Assembly: GCA_963791045.1 (NCBI GenBank)
Contig: CAWBQK010000006.1
Location: forward strand, 32,001-96,000
Length of the DNA: 64,000 nt
Source: Candidatus Latescibacterota bacterium
GTDB taxonomy: Bacteria > Krumholzibacteriota > Krumholzibacteriia > WVZY01
Reading direction: 5' to 3'
Both the position numbers and the translations under genes were made by a program. Positions 54,618-64,000 of this stretch are shown piece after piece. How positions within the stretch are numbered: position 1 is the stretch's first letter; every line of letters begins with the position of its first letter. Below the pieces are notes generated by a model that had not been told where the DNA came from, searched no databases, and was given only the letters and a program-made list of their open reading frames with translations.

Positions 54618-54646
54618 GCTTGATAATGAAATATGATCTGAATAAG

Positions 54647-54676
54647 AAACCCGGATGTGAAAAGATCCGGGTTTTT
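54647..54676. terminator. Terminator between convergent genes
   Basis: AAACCCGGAT-gtgaaaag-ATCCGGGTTTTT. Confidence 0.8.
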
Positions 54677-54737
54677 GTTAATTTTGGTTTTAGTTATTTG
54701 AAAAGCGAAATAGTCTACAAATGGTAGGAAGATTAAA

Positions 54738-56942
54738 TCAGATAAGTGAAAGCTGAGGAGAGTCAGATTGGAAGGGGTCCAGGTCTAACATTTCCAGGAA
54801 GTCAGGGCTCCTGACTTCTGCCAGATGCCTGATATGCCGAAATTTTACCAAACCCCATCCTTCATGAATGTTTTCCGCCAGGGGAGGATGGTGATCCAGT
54901 TTGTAGTGGATCAGTCCAGCCCGGCTGCCTGGTAAAATGATCCAGCGCTTTTCGGCACTGCTATCGATTTGTTTAAGTATTCTGCTCAACAAACCGGATG
55001 CGGAAATAAAAAAACTGCAAGCCGGGGTCAGATTATTGATCCATTGCAAGTGGACGATCTTTCCGGGAGCGTTTATCCTGGAAATTTTATAACCCAATTC
55101 TTCCCCTATCCCATTCAGTAAATCTTCGATCTCAATGAGATCCTGGACACGCTGGCCCGGATCTTCGTTTGGGTTTAGCTGCCAGGTGCAGAGCGGTTCT
55201 GGCGTGTTACTAGCATAGGATGTTAAACAAGCCTGGATCAATCCTTCGCGGGGCGTCAGGAGAGCTGGAAAATTGTGATAGATATGTTGGTAGATCTCCT
55301 CTTCAGGGATAGGGTAATCTCTTTTGACCAATAATTCAACAATCTTTTGTTCCACAAGGTCAGATCTAGGAGTTGAGGAGATCTTCAGTTCCTGATGCCA
55401 CCAGTTTTTAGATTTTGGGTAATGGAGGAAGCCTTGCCGATAGGCGATATTGTCATTAAAATCTTTCAGCAGCTGGGGAAAATACAGCTCAGCGTCCTTG
55501 CCATCCTCAGGAAACCCCGCTGTTTCAAGCCTGCTTAATGCTGCGGAGAAAATCGTCAGGGTATGGATCGGTTCACCAGCTTCCTGGAGTATTTCTAACC
55601 CCGCTTCACGGATATTTTCCCGATGATCTTCGGTGTTCCCAGTGTCTAGGTTCCTCCCTTGAGAGATCCAGTAAGTTTCCCCTAAAAGAATATCTGGATC
55701 CAGAGCAATATTTTCAAGTTTAAATCCTGCCTTTGATGCTGCACTGATTGCTGCTAGGAGGGATTTGACTTCGATTTCTGGAAGCAATCCAAAACAGGTT
55801 GTTCCAGGTATCAATATATTGTGGATTTCGGATAAAGTGAGCTCTATGGCCTTTGTCATCCAGGGCCAATCAAAATTCTTTATATTGAGAATACTGCGTA
55901 AAGGAGCGGCAGCTTCCTGCCCCCACAACCATCCGGTCCATAGTGCTGAAAGAGCCCAGAAGGATGGTGTAGGTTTAGGAAAAACCATCACTACCGATTG
56001 GAGATGAATATTATTTAGCTGTGGAATTAACTCCCTGATCCTTCCAGGAAATAGACATATTCCGCCGGTCTGGGGAGGAAGATCAGGCCAGGTTGTAACA
56101 GGTACGGGATCTTCATTTCCACACCAGACATCTAGTGCTTCCTCCAGGGCAAACCACACATTTTCTTCAACGTAGAATTCATCGAGTTCATTATCCTGGT
56201 ATTGAAGATCCAATGGTTGTCTGCAGCGATAAAAAGAATGGAGCAAGAGAATTTCCAGGAGATTTAGTTCTTTTTCTGGTAGGTTTGAGCCAGTCAGTTT
56301 ATTTAATACAATGAATAAGGCATAAACTGAACGTGGGGGATAGGAACTCAATGCGTTCTCCACTTGAAGTCGAATAGGATCATCCGGTGCTGCAACACGG
56401 GTTAGTGCTCGGGCATGTGTAGGACTGCTCTCCTTGAATCCCAAAGCATTCTGAATATCATCAGACGATACATCTCCCTCTGTTATCTCACCACACTGAC
56501 TGCATCTGCATTTTTTATGGACCGGTTCTAGAGTGATCCTGGACCAGGTGAAGGAACTGGCGTGGGTTTTACCGCCGCATAGGGGGCATTCTGTTTCGTA
56601 TAGAGATAAGATTAGGGGTTTTAAACGGTCTTTGCCCTTGTAACTAGAGGCTAAGTTGACCAGAGCGCTGCTTAAATCTGCTCTGGAGGGTGGGTTTGCA
56701 AGGGATTCTATTAAAAAACGCAAGATCGGATTATGGACTGGCGTCAGGATTTGAAATCCATTCCTGGCAGCTTCAAGAACAGTCTGAGGAGAGCTGCCGA
56801 ATGGGCAGAGAATGATTCCTTCAGCCGCTGAGTTTTGTTTTAACCAGGTGCTTACAACCTGCGGTCTGTACGCTGGCAGGCATGACTGCAGGGGATACCC
56901 AGAATTTAGCTGTTCACCACTAATAAAAGGCTGTTTGTTCAT
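54738..56942 (-). CDS. Hypothetical protein resembling a degenerate adenine DNA methyltransferase with zinc ribbon
   Basis: ILCPFGSSP...LEAARNG (motif I-like), CPLCG...CRCSQCG, VMVFPKP (motif IV position), LSEIHNILIPG. Confidence 0.55.
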   Translation of the reverse strand: MNKQPFISGEQLNSGYPLQSCLPAYRPQVVSTWLKQNSAAEGIILCPFGSSPQTVLEAARNGFQILTPVHNPILRFLIESLANPPSRADLSSALVNLASSYKGKDRLKPLILSLYETECPLCGGKTHASSFTWSRITLEPVHKKCRCSQCGEITEGDVSSDDIQNALGFKESSPTHARALTRVAAPDDPIRLQVENALSSYPPRSVYALFIVLNKLTGSNLPEKELNLLEILLLHSFYRCRQPLDLQYQDNELDEFYVEENVWFALEEALDVWCGNEDPVPVTTWPDLPPQTGGICLFPGRIRELIPQLNNIHLQSVVMVFPKPTPSFWALSALWTGWLWGQEAAAPLRSILNIKNFDWPWMTKAIELTLSEIHNILIPGTTCFGLLPEIEVKSLLAAISAASKAGFKLENIALDPDILLGETYWISQGRNLDTGNTEDHRENIREAGLEILQEAGEPIHTLTIFSAALSRLETAGFPEDGKDAELYFPQLLKDFNDNIAYRQGFLHYPKSKNWWHQELKISSTPRSDLVEQKIVELLVKRDYPIPEEEIYQHIYHNFPALLTPREGLIQACLTSYASNTPEPLCTWQLNPNEDPGQRVQDLIEIEDLLNGIGEELGYKISRINAPGKIVHLQWINNLTPACSFFISASGLLSRILKQIDSSAEKRWIILPGSRAGLIHYKLDHHPPLAENIHEGWGLVKFRHIRHLAEVRSPDFLEMLDLDPFQSDSPQLSLI

Positions 56943-57012
56943 TTACTTCCTCCGGTGGTGAAAATGACCCTCCTCTCAGGTGGTTTTTTTAACGGAGAAT
57001 TGATGATAGATA

Positions 57013-58452
57013 TTATTGGTTTGATTGGACGGTATGGAGCAGTGCCAAGTTGGGAGCGACCATTTTTTGGATCGGGAATCCGGCAATTATAACTATTTCC
57101 TGTCCGGCTTCTACTGGTGTTCCTTCGATCACGGCTGCGTCAACATGATTGATCATCTCTTCAATGGTTTCTGCATGAGGGATGAGGTAAGGAGTGGTTC
57201 CCCACAACATGGAAAGATATTGATAAGTTCGGAGATCTGGTGTAAATGCCAGGATAGGAACGTTCGGCCTGGCTTTTGACATCAGACGGGCTGTCCGTCC
57301 ACTGCGAGTGAAGACAGCAATAGCTGCAACTGCGCGGTCCTGGGCTAACTCGCGGGCCGCCCTTGTGATATACACTGCATCATCATGGCTGGAATCATCA
57401 CTTATATCAAGATTTAACCGGCCCCAATCATCACTGTGTTCCTCGCTTTGGCAGATGATCGAAGCCATCATTTCAACAGTTTTCACGGGGAACTCACCGA
57501 TAGCAGTTTCTCCGGAGAGCATCACTGCATCGCTGCCATCAAGAACTGCATTCGCCACATCTGACGCTTCAGCCCGGGTGGGGCGGGGGCTGTTGATCAT
57601 CGAATCCAGCATTTGGGTAGCGATGATCACGAAGCTGAGATGTTTATTTGCAGTTGCTATGATCTGTTTTTGGACAATTGGAACGGATTCGGGGGGCATT
57701 TCAATTCCGAGATCTCCCCGGGCAACCATCACACCGTCTGAGGCATGAATGATCTCATGCATGTTCGTTATTGCATCAGGGTGTTCAAGCTTGGCGATGA
57801 TCGGGATCCTGGACCTATCGGGTTTGATTGTCAGGATAGCTTCTCTGAGCCGTTTAATGTCTCCAGCTCTGCGTACAAATGATAAGGCAATCACATCTAT
57901 TTCATGATTAAGACCAAATTCCAGGTCTTTCAGGTCTTTTTCAGTTAATGCCTGGAGTTTGAGATTTGCTCCCGGCAAATTGACACCCTTATGTGCTTTT
58001 AAGAGACCGCCCTGAACTACCGTGGTTATGACCTGTTGACCTTTGATCGCCCTGACCAAGAGCTCAAGCTGCCCATCATCCAACAGGATCCGTCCATCAA
58101 CGTTTACGCTCTGAGGTAATTCAGAGAAGCTTACCTGGACAATATCGGAAGTCCCAGGTGTATCTTCAGTTGTAAGGATTAATTGGTTTCCTTGGATCAA
58201 GTGTACAGGTCCATCTGCCATCTCCCCGGTACGAATCTTGGGGCCAGATAGATCCTGCATAATGGTTACTGGACGATTTAATTCAACAGCACATTCGCGC
58301 AAGGTCTCGATGACGCGGGCATGTCCCTGATGGGTTCCATGAGAGAAATTGATCCGGGCTACATCCATGCCAGATTCAAGTAGGCTTTTAATGATTTGCT
58401 TGTCCTCACTCGCAGGACCCAGGGTGGCAATAATCTTCGCCCGGCGTTCCAT
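57013..58452 (-). CDS. pyk: Pyruvate kinase
   Basis: KIIATLGPAS, RINFSHG, DLSGPKIR, MVARGDLG, ATQMLDSM, MLSGETA. Confidence 0.98.
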   Translation of the reverse strand: MERRAKIIATLGPASEDKQIIKSLLESGMDVARINFSHGTHQGHARVIETLRECAVELNRPVTIMQDLSGPKIRTGEMADGPVHLIQGNQLILTTEDTPGTSDIVQVSFSELPQSVNVDGRILLDDGQLELLVRAIKGQQVITTVVQGGLLKAHKGVNLPGANLKLQALTEKDLKDLEFGLNHEIDVIALSFVRRAGDIKRLREAILTIKPDRSRIPIIAKLEHPDAITNMHEIIHASDGVMVARGDLGIEMPPESVPIVQKQIIATANKHLSFVIIATQMLDSMINSPRPTRAEASDVANAVLDGSDAVMLSGETAIGEFPVKTVEMMASIICQSEEHSDDWGRLNLDISDDSSHDDAVYITRAARELAQDRAVAAIAVFTRSGRTARLMSKARPNVPILAFTPDLRTYQYLSMLWGTTPYLIPHAETIEEMINHVDAAVIEGTPVEAGQEIVIIAGFPIQKMVAPNLALLHTVQSNQ

Positions 58453-58485
58453 AAATTCCTCTTGTTCTTATTTCAGGTAGATTAC

Positions 58486-59780
58486 TTATATGTAGTGTAA
58501 TTCCCGGGCTTGTTCTGTCAACTCTTCTGTAAAATCAGGATGAGCGACATTGATAAGCGCTTGGGCTCGTTCACGAATGGTTTTACCATATAAACTGGCA
58601 ACCCCGAATTCAGTGACAACATAGTGAACGTGATTTCGGGTGGTGATCACACCCGCCCCGGTTTTTAGTGTTGTAACAATACGGCTGAAATCTTTTGCCT
58701 TGCTGGGAAGGGCGATGATCGGTACACCTCCCTTGGACCGGGAAGCACCGTAAATGAAATCCAACTGTCCGCCAACACCACTATATAACTTGGTGCCAAT
58801 GCTGTCAGCGCAAATCTGTCCTGTCAGGTCAACTTCAATAGCTGAATTGATTGCGACCATACGGTGATTTTGTGAAATGACAAACGGATCATTTACATAT
58901 TCTGTGCGCAGGAACTCGATCAACGGGTTATTGTGGACCCATTCATAAAGCTTTTTGGTGCCCAGGATGAAACCCGCGATGATCTTGCCGGGATGGATCG
59001 TCTTTTTGGCGTTAGTAATAACGCCTGCTTCCACCAGATCGATCACACCATCAGAGAAGAGTTCTGTGTGGATGCCAAGGTCTTTTTTATCATAGAGGTG
59101 TTTGAGGACTGCATCTGGCACTGCTCCGATACCCATTTGCATTGTTGCTTCATCCGGAATCAGATCAGCAATGAATTTGGCAATTTTCTCAACTTTTTCT
59201 GATGGTTTCCCTTCTCCCATTGCCAGCTCCGGGAGATCATAATCGACCGGGACTATGTAATCGATGTCACTGATATGAATGAATGTATCTCCCAGAGTGC
59301 GGGGCATTTTTTCATTAACTTCGGCAATGATGATCTCAGCAGACTCCGCAGGACTTTTACTCAGACCAACTTCCACACCAAAGCTGCAATAACCATGGGC
59401 ATCTGGCGGAGAGAGATGTACGAAGGCCACATTCACTGGCAAAACTTTATTCTTGAAGAGCAGCGGAAATTCAGAAAGCAGGACGGGGGTAAAATCTGCC
59501 CGACCTTCCTGAACAGCATTTCGTGTATTATGACTGATGAACATCGTATTGACACGCAGATGACCTTTAATTTCCGGAGCAACATAATCGGCAGAACCAA
59601 CAGTTAAAGCCTGATTGATCTCCACATCTTTAATTCTTGAGCGCGGTCAACCAATGCTGCCAGGATCTGGCTGGGCACTGAGCAGTTGCCGGTCAGGAAG
59701 ATCCGATCACCAGATTTTACAGCTTTTACCGCTTCAGCCGGAGTACATACTTTTTGTCGATATTGATCTTGCCAACTCAT
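58486..59780 (-). CDS. Acetyl-CoA hydrolase/transferase family protein (4-hydroxybutyrate CoA-transferase-like), frameshift near 59640
   Basis: QMGIGAVPDA, GIHTELFSDG, SGVGGQLDF, VVTEFGVA, AHPDF; N-terminus MSWQDQY... from ATG 59780. Confidence 0.9.
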
Positions 59781-60876
59781 AATTCTTTCCTGCCCTCCAG
59801 GGCGTTTTTATAAGCTTGATTTATGATTTTTCCCTGAGAAGTATAGACTCCGCTTTGAAGGGCTGGATTTTCTTTGAGGGAATTTTAATGCCAAGTTCGG
59901 CGATTTGTTTGATAAATGGCCAGGTGGCATTGCTCATGGCGTGGGTTGCTGTCCGCCCCAATACACCGGTCATATTTGGAACGCAATAGTGGATCACATT
60001 TTCTTCAAGATAGGTGGGATTACTGTGACTTGTCGGTCGGCTGGTTTCTATGCAACCTCCCTGGTCAATAGAGCAGTCGATTACGATCGAATGGCTGTGC
60101 AGCAATTGAACCATCTCTCTGGAAACGACAATCGGAGAAGGAGCACCTGGTACCAGGACAGCACCAACAAAAACATCAGCAAAGGAGCACACCTTCCTAA
60201 GGTTGAACGGATAGGAAACCAAGGTATTTATACAGCTTGAAAATTCCTGGTCGATCTCCTGCAAAACCTCTAGGGAATTGTCTAGAAGATGAATATTAGC
60301 ACCCAATCCGAGGAAAGAGCGGGCTGCGTTGCGGCCGACTGTTCCACCGCCAAGAATGACAACATCTGCAGGCGGTACACCGGGCACGCCGGAAAGAGAG
60401 AAACCTTTTCCTCCATAATTATTCTGGGCTAATGTAGCTGCAATCTGGGGCACCATTCTGCCGGTCAATTGGCTGAGGGGTTTTAAAACCGGAAGGCTGC
60501 CATCTTCTTCTTGTATGATCTCGTAGCCAATAGCAGTGATATTTTTATCGATCAAAGCGTCGACTTTATCTGCCCAACCTGCGGAAAGATGAAGGAAGCC
60601 CAATAATGTTAATCCATCTGGCATCCAGGTATATTCTTCTTTGACCGGACTTGTAACCTTAAGGATCAAGTCTGCCCGACCATATATTTCCTCACCGCTG
60701 TAAACGATGGTAGCGCCAGCTTTCTGGTACGTATGATCAGGGAAGCCGCTTCCCAGGCCGGCTTCCTTCTCCACAAAGCAAGTATGGCCCTGTTGGGTTA
60801 GCAGTTGAATGCCAGCCGGAGTGAGACCTGCCCTATATTCGTTATCGCGACGTTCTTTTGGAATACAGATATTCAT
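59777..60876 (-). CDS. ald: Alanine dehydrogenase family protein (C-terminal frameshift near 59885)
   Basis: IPKE...NEYRAGLTP, FLHL, GGGTVG, GAVLVPGA, IDQGGCIETS, HYCVPNM. Confidence 0.85.
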
Positions 60877-60899
60877 AAAGTTCACCTCATCGTTGTTGA

Positions 60900-61817
60900 T
60901 CAGGTTAATAATTTGACCAGGATGGATTTTTGAGCGTGGAGACGGTTGTGAGCCTGGGGGAAGAGGCGTGAATGAGGTCCATCAGCAACTTCATCGGTGA
61001 TCTCCTCACCGCGGTGAGCCGGCAGGCAGTGCAGTACAATCACATCTTTGTCAGCACCCTCCAGTAGTTTTTGGTTGACCTGATAAGGAGGAAAAACTGC
61101 TTTGCGTTTCGCTTCTTCCTCGTCCTGGCCCATGCTAACCCAGGTATCTGTGTATATGACCTGGGCGCCTAGAACTGCTTCAATGGGATCCCTAAGCTGG
61201 CGAATCTTGCTGCCGCTTTCCTGAGCGAATTCCTCACCCAGGGCGACGGCTTCCTGGTCCATGCCGTACCCTTCCGGATTGGCGATGGTGAAATTCGCAC
61301 CAAGTTTGGCGCAAATATGCATCAGTGATACTGATACATTATTCCCATCTCCGATATAAACGACGTTAAGTCCTTTAATTTTCCCAGGTTTTCCTGGATC
61401 GTGAGGGCGTCTGCCGCAGCCTGACAGGGGTGGTTGTAATCACTCAATCCATTAATGACTGGAATATCAGCCCATCTAGCTAACTCAAGCACGTGTTGAT
61501 GATCAAAGACGCGCGCCATCACCACATCAACGTATCCAGAGATCACACGGGCCACATCAGCGATGGATTCCCTTTTTCCCAATCCGATTTCTGCTGGTGA
61601 AAGGTAAAGGGCATCTCCACCCAAATGGCGCATTGCCATATCGAAGCTAACCCGGGTCCGAAGACTGGGTTTTTGGAAGATCATAGCTAAAATTTTGTCC
61701 TTAAAATATGGGGGGATTGCCTTTATCATTCCATTCTTTTTTCAGCTCAACAGCCAGATCGAGGATGGCTTGAATTTCCTCCGGGGAGTAATCAGCAATT
61801 GCCAGAAAATCTTTCAT
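60900..61817 (-). CDS. argF: Ornithine carbamoyltransferase (two frameshifts)
   Basis: MKDFLAIAD start; [37 protein letters not shown]. Confidence 0.92.
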
Positions 61818-61962
61818 AGCACACTCCTGTATTTGAAAATCGCTTGTAGTGAAGTATAACATGTCAATACCAACCTCGAAGGCCTCCGTATTGAAAATAA
61901 TGCTTACATAAAAAACAAAACTCCCGGAAATAATCCATTTTCCGGGAGGCTTTATTCATGAG

Positions 61963-62034
61963 AGCGGGTGACGGGATTCGAACCCGTGAATGTTAGCTTG
62001 GGAAGCTAATGCCTTACCACTTGGCCACACCCGC
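61963..62034 (-). tRNA. tRNA-Gly (CCC)
   Basis: GCGGGTG acceptor stem with U73; anticodon arm TTAGC-TTCCCAA-GCTAA; T arm ACGGG-TTCGAAT-CCCGT. Confidence 0.96.
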
Positions 62035-62198
62035 AATTTTCTAGCGAGAGCATTATAACAATAAGATCAGGTCGGGTCAACTTCCCCTATGTTTAGAGAT
62101 GTATTATTATGTTTGATCAGAAAATATTCAATCTCAGTTATCTGAGATATGAAGATTTCATTCATAAAACCTAATTATTTTTGGCCATACACGAAGTG

Positions 62199-64000
62199 TC
62201 AATCCTTTATCGAAAATTCTGCAATGACTGGCAAATGGTCTGAGGCTGGAGTTTGAAGTACCTCGATCTTACTGACTTCCAAGTCCGGGCTGTGCCACAA
62301 GAAATCTATCCGTTCATCAGGTTGTGTGGCATAGTAGGTGAAGCCATCTCCAGCGCCTGACTTCGCCCAGGAATCTACCAGACCAGTCCTGGCGATCAAT
62401 TCCATTTCGGCTGAATCCGGACCAGCATTTAGATCACCCATCAATATGGTTTGCCCACGGCCGTCCCAGAAATCCAGGATCACTGGCACCTGAATTTGGC
62501 GGACCTGACTATCTGCGACAATATGATGAAGGTGAGTTACGATTACCAGCAGTGGTTCAGCTTCTCCCACATCTATGGTTGCCCACAGGTATCCCCGTTT
62601 GATAAGAGTGCCATCATCAGGCAGCTCGCCCATTCCTGATTCTATGATCGGATATCGTGAAAGCAAGGCATTACCCCAGGTTGGTTCTCCAGTTCCCAGG
62701 AAGAGGACTTGCATATCTAGTCGTCTGGAGAGCCATGAGGTCATATCAACAGCACCATCCATCAGTCGGACTCTGGAAACTTCCTGAAGCCCGATAACAT
62801 CCGCCCCGGAATTCTCGATCACCCGGGCAATAGCATCGAAATCCTGGCGTCCAGACACGTCATATCCGGAATGAATATTGTAGGTCATTACCTTTACAGG
62901 GAGACCTTCTGACTGGGATGGGATTGGAAGAGGTCCCCAATAGATCCAGCATATTATTGGGATCAGTACCAGGATCCCCGCCAAAATGGTTCCCGAATGA
63001 TCCCAGATTTTGTTGGGTTTATCCCTGTTCTGGAACGCGCCTGCGGTGATGAGAATGCCGAGGATCCCGGCAGCGATAGCCGGGAAACTGTCCCGCGGAA
63101 TTGGCAATGCTATGTCCAGCGCCAGATAAAAAGCAAATGACAGTGCTAAGAATAGGACCATTCCACCGGTGGTTGCCAGGGTTGTCCGCCAAATTCCTGG
63201 CTTTGATCCAAGATCATTATTTAATCCAATACCTGCCAGGCCCCAGCCGAGGAAAAACTGCCCAACAAGGAGAGTTAGTATAGCAAATCCTGCTAAATGG
63301 TTAGCATTGAAGAGTGCTATAACCAGCAGGATCCCTAAACCTAATGCAAGCAACGGGTGCAAGAGTCTGGGATTGGAGTAGCCTAATCCTAACCCGCGGG
63401 CTGCAACCAGATACCCCAACATAATAATAATAAATCCTATAGGAAATCCTAATCCGGCCACTTCTTCCAGCCACCCCGAACTTTGGAAATAAAGTAACTG
63501 TAAGACCATGTATGAACCGATAACCATTAATCCCAAGCTGAACTTACCCTCTGAATCAAAATTCAACTCCTGGGTTAGTTCGTTCTCCCGGATCAGAGCA
63601 ATGAATATCAAACTGGCAATGATGAGGATGATAGCCAGGGGTAAAAATCCAGTAACAGTGCTTAGATCGCGAGGACCAAAAATACCCTTTAGTCCTGTAT
63701 CTATGGCGAACCCCAGGACCAGACCGTAGGTCCAGCGTCCAGATGAGCTAGTTTTTGATTCCCGGGTGTAGCCAATGAATATAGCAATAAAATTGAGGAA
63801 TAATCCGATCCCAGCGATGTTGAGCCAGAGATCGATCCCAGGTTTGCTGTTGATCTGCTCAAGGATCCTCAATAAGGACAACCCGCCAGCAGTGATCCAG
63901 AGAGCTTTTTTTGTTCCCGCGATGCGACGAAGCAGAGGTGCTAGAAAACCAAGGGCAAAGGTGCCAAAAGCGTAAGGTATCAAGCTTAATGTTCCTACAG
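62199..64000 (-). CDS. Polytopic membrane protein with C-terminal endonuclease/exonuclease/phosphatase domain (probably extends beyond the window)
   Basis: Many TM helices, then MTYNIH, GLQEV, GNALLSRYP, THLH, MGDLNA, RIDF, SDHLPV. Confidence 0.88.
   Translation of the reverse strand, partial: VGTLSLIPYAFGTFALGFLAPLLRRIAGTKKALWITAGGLSLLRILEQINSKPGIDLWLNIAGIGLFLNFIAIFIGYTRESKTSSSGRWTYGLVLGFAIDTGLKGIFGPRDLSTVTGFLPLAIILIIASLIFIALIRENELTQELNFDSEGKFSLGLMVIGSYMVLQLLYFQSSGWLEEVAGLGFPIGFIIIMLGYLVAARGLGLGYSNPRLLHPLLALGLGILLVIALFNANHLAGFAILTLLVGQFFLGWGLAGIGLNNDLGSKPGIWRTTLATTGGMVLFLALSFAFYLALDIALPIPRDSFPAIAAGILGILITAGAFQNRDKPNKIWDHSGTILAGILVLIPIICWIYWGPLPIPSQSEGLPVKVMTYNIHSGYDVSGRQDFDAIARVIENSGADVIGLQEVSRVRLMDGAVDMTSWLSRRLDMQVLFLGTGEPTWGNALLSRYPIIESGMGELPDDGTLIKRGYLWATIDVGEAEPLLVIVTHLHHIVADSQVRQIQVPVILDFWDGRGQTILMGDLNAGPDSAEMELIARTGLVDSWAKSGAGDGFTYYATQPDERIDFLWHSPDLEVSKIEVLQTPASDHLPVIAEFSIKD

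Overview
Core-genome window of an anaerobic bacterium. Gene content and protein style suggest Chloroflexota/Anaerolineae; this is an inference, no search was run. Many genes, including normally essential ones (prfB, ftsY, rnc, smc, queA, upp, argF, PBP1A), are split by small indels, which points to an error-prone long-read consensus rather than real pseudogenes, so single-base oddities need read-level confirmation. Contents in order: prfB with its programmed +1 frameshift, a TrmH methylase, ftsY, a MoaD/ThiS sulfur carrier missed by the ORF track next to a threonine-synthase-like PLP enzyme, rnc-smc, a roadblock + V4R-like + DUF1028 trio, and a strongly structured leader RNA with terminator upstream of a BMP/amino-acid double binding protein and polar amino acid ABC transporter. 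Then rph, a PPIase, rpsF-ssb-rpsR, a non-pyrrolysine MttB, sufR-sufT divergent from sufCBD-X-SU, a Ser/Thr kinase, tpiA, upp, ruvB, queA, pdp, panE and fmt. Then a three-gene sensory cluster (output-less PAS/GAF protein, His-less histidine kinase, diguanylate cyclase), a tRNA with a Leu body but a UGA (Ser) anticodon, a peptidoglycan remodelling cluster, two apparent pseudo-enzymes (GH63-like, DNA MTase-like), pyk, a CoA transferase, ald, argF and tRNA-Gly(CCC). No CRISPR array, transposase, integrase or phage gene was recognised. Best leads: the candidate riboswitch at 10967-11089, the roadblock/V4R pair, the pseudokinase signalling cluster, the Leu/Ser hybrid tRNA and the MoaD-ThrC pair.
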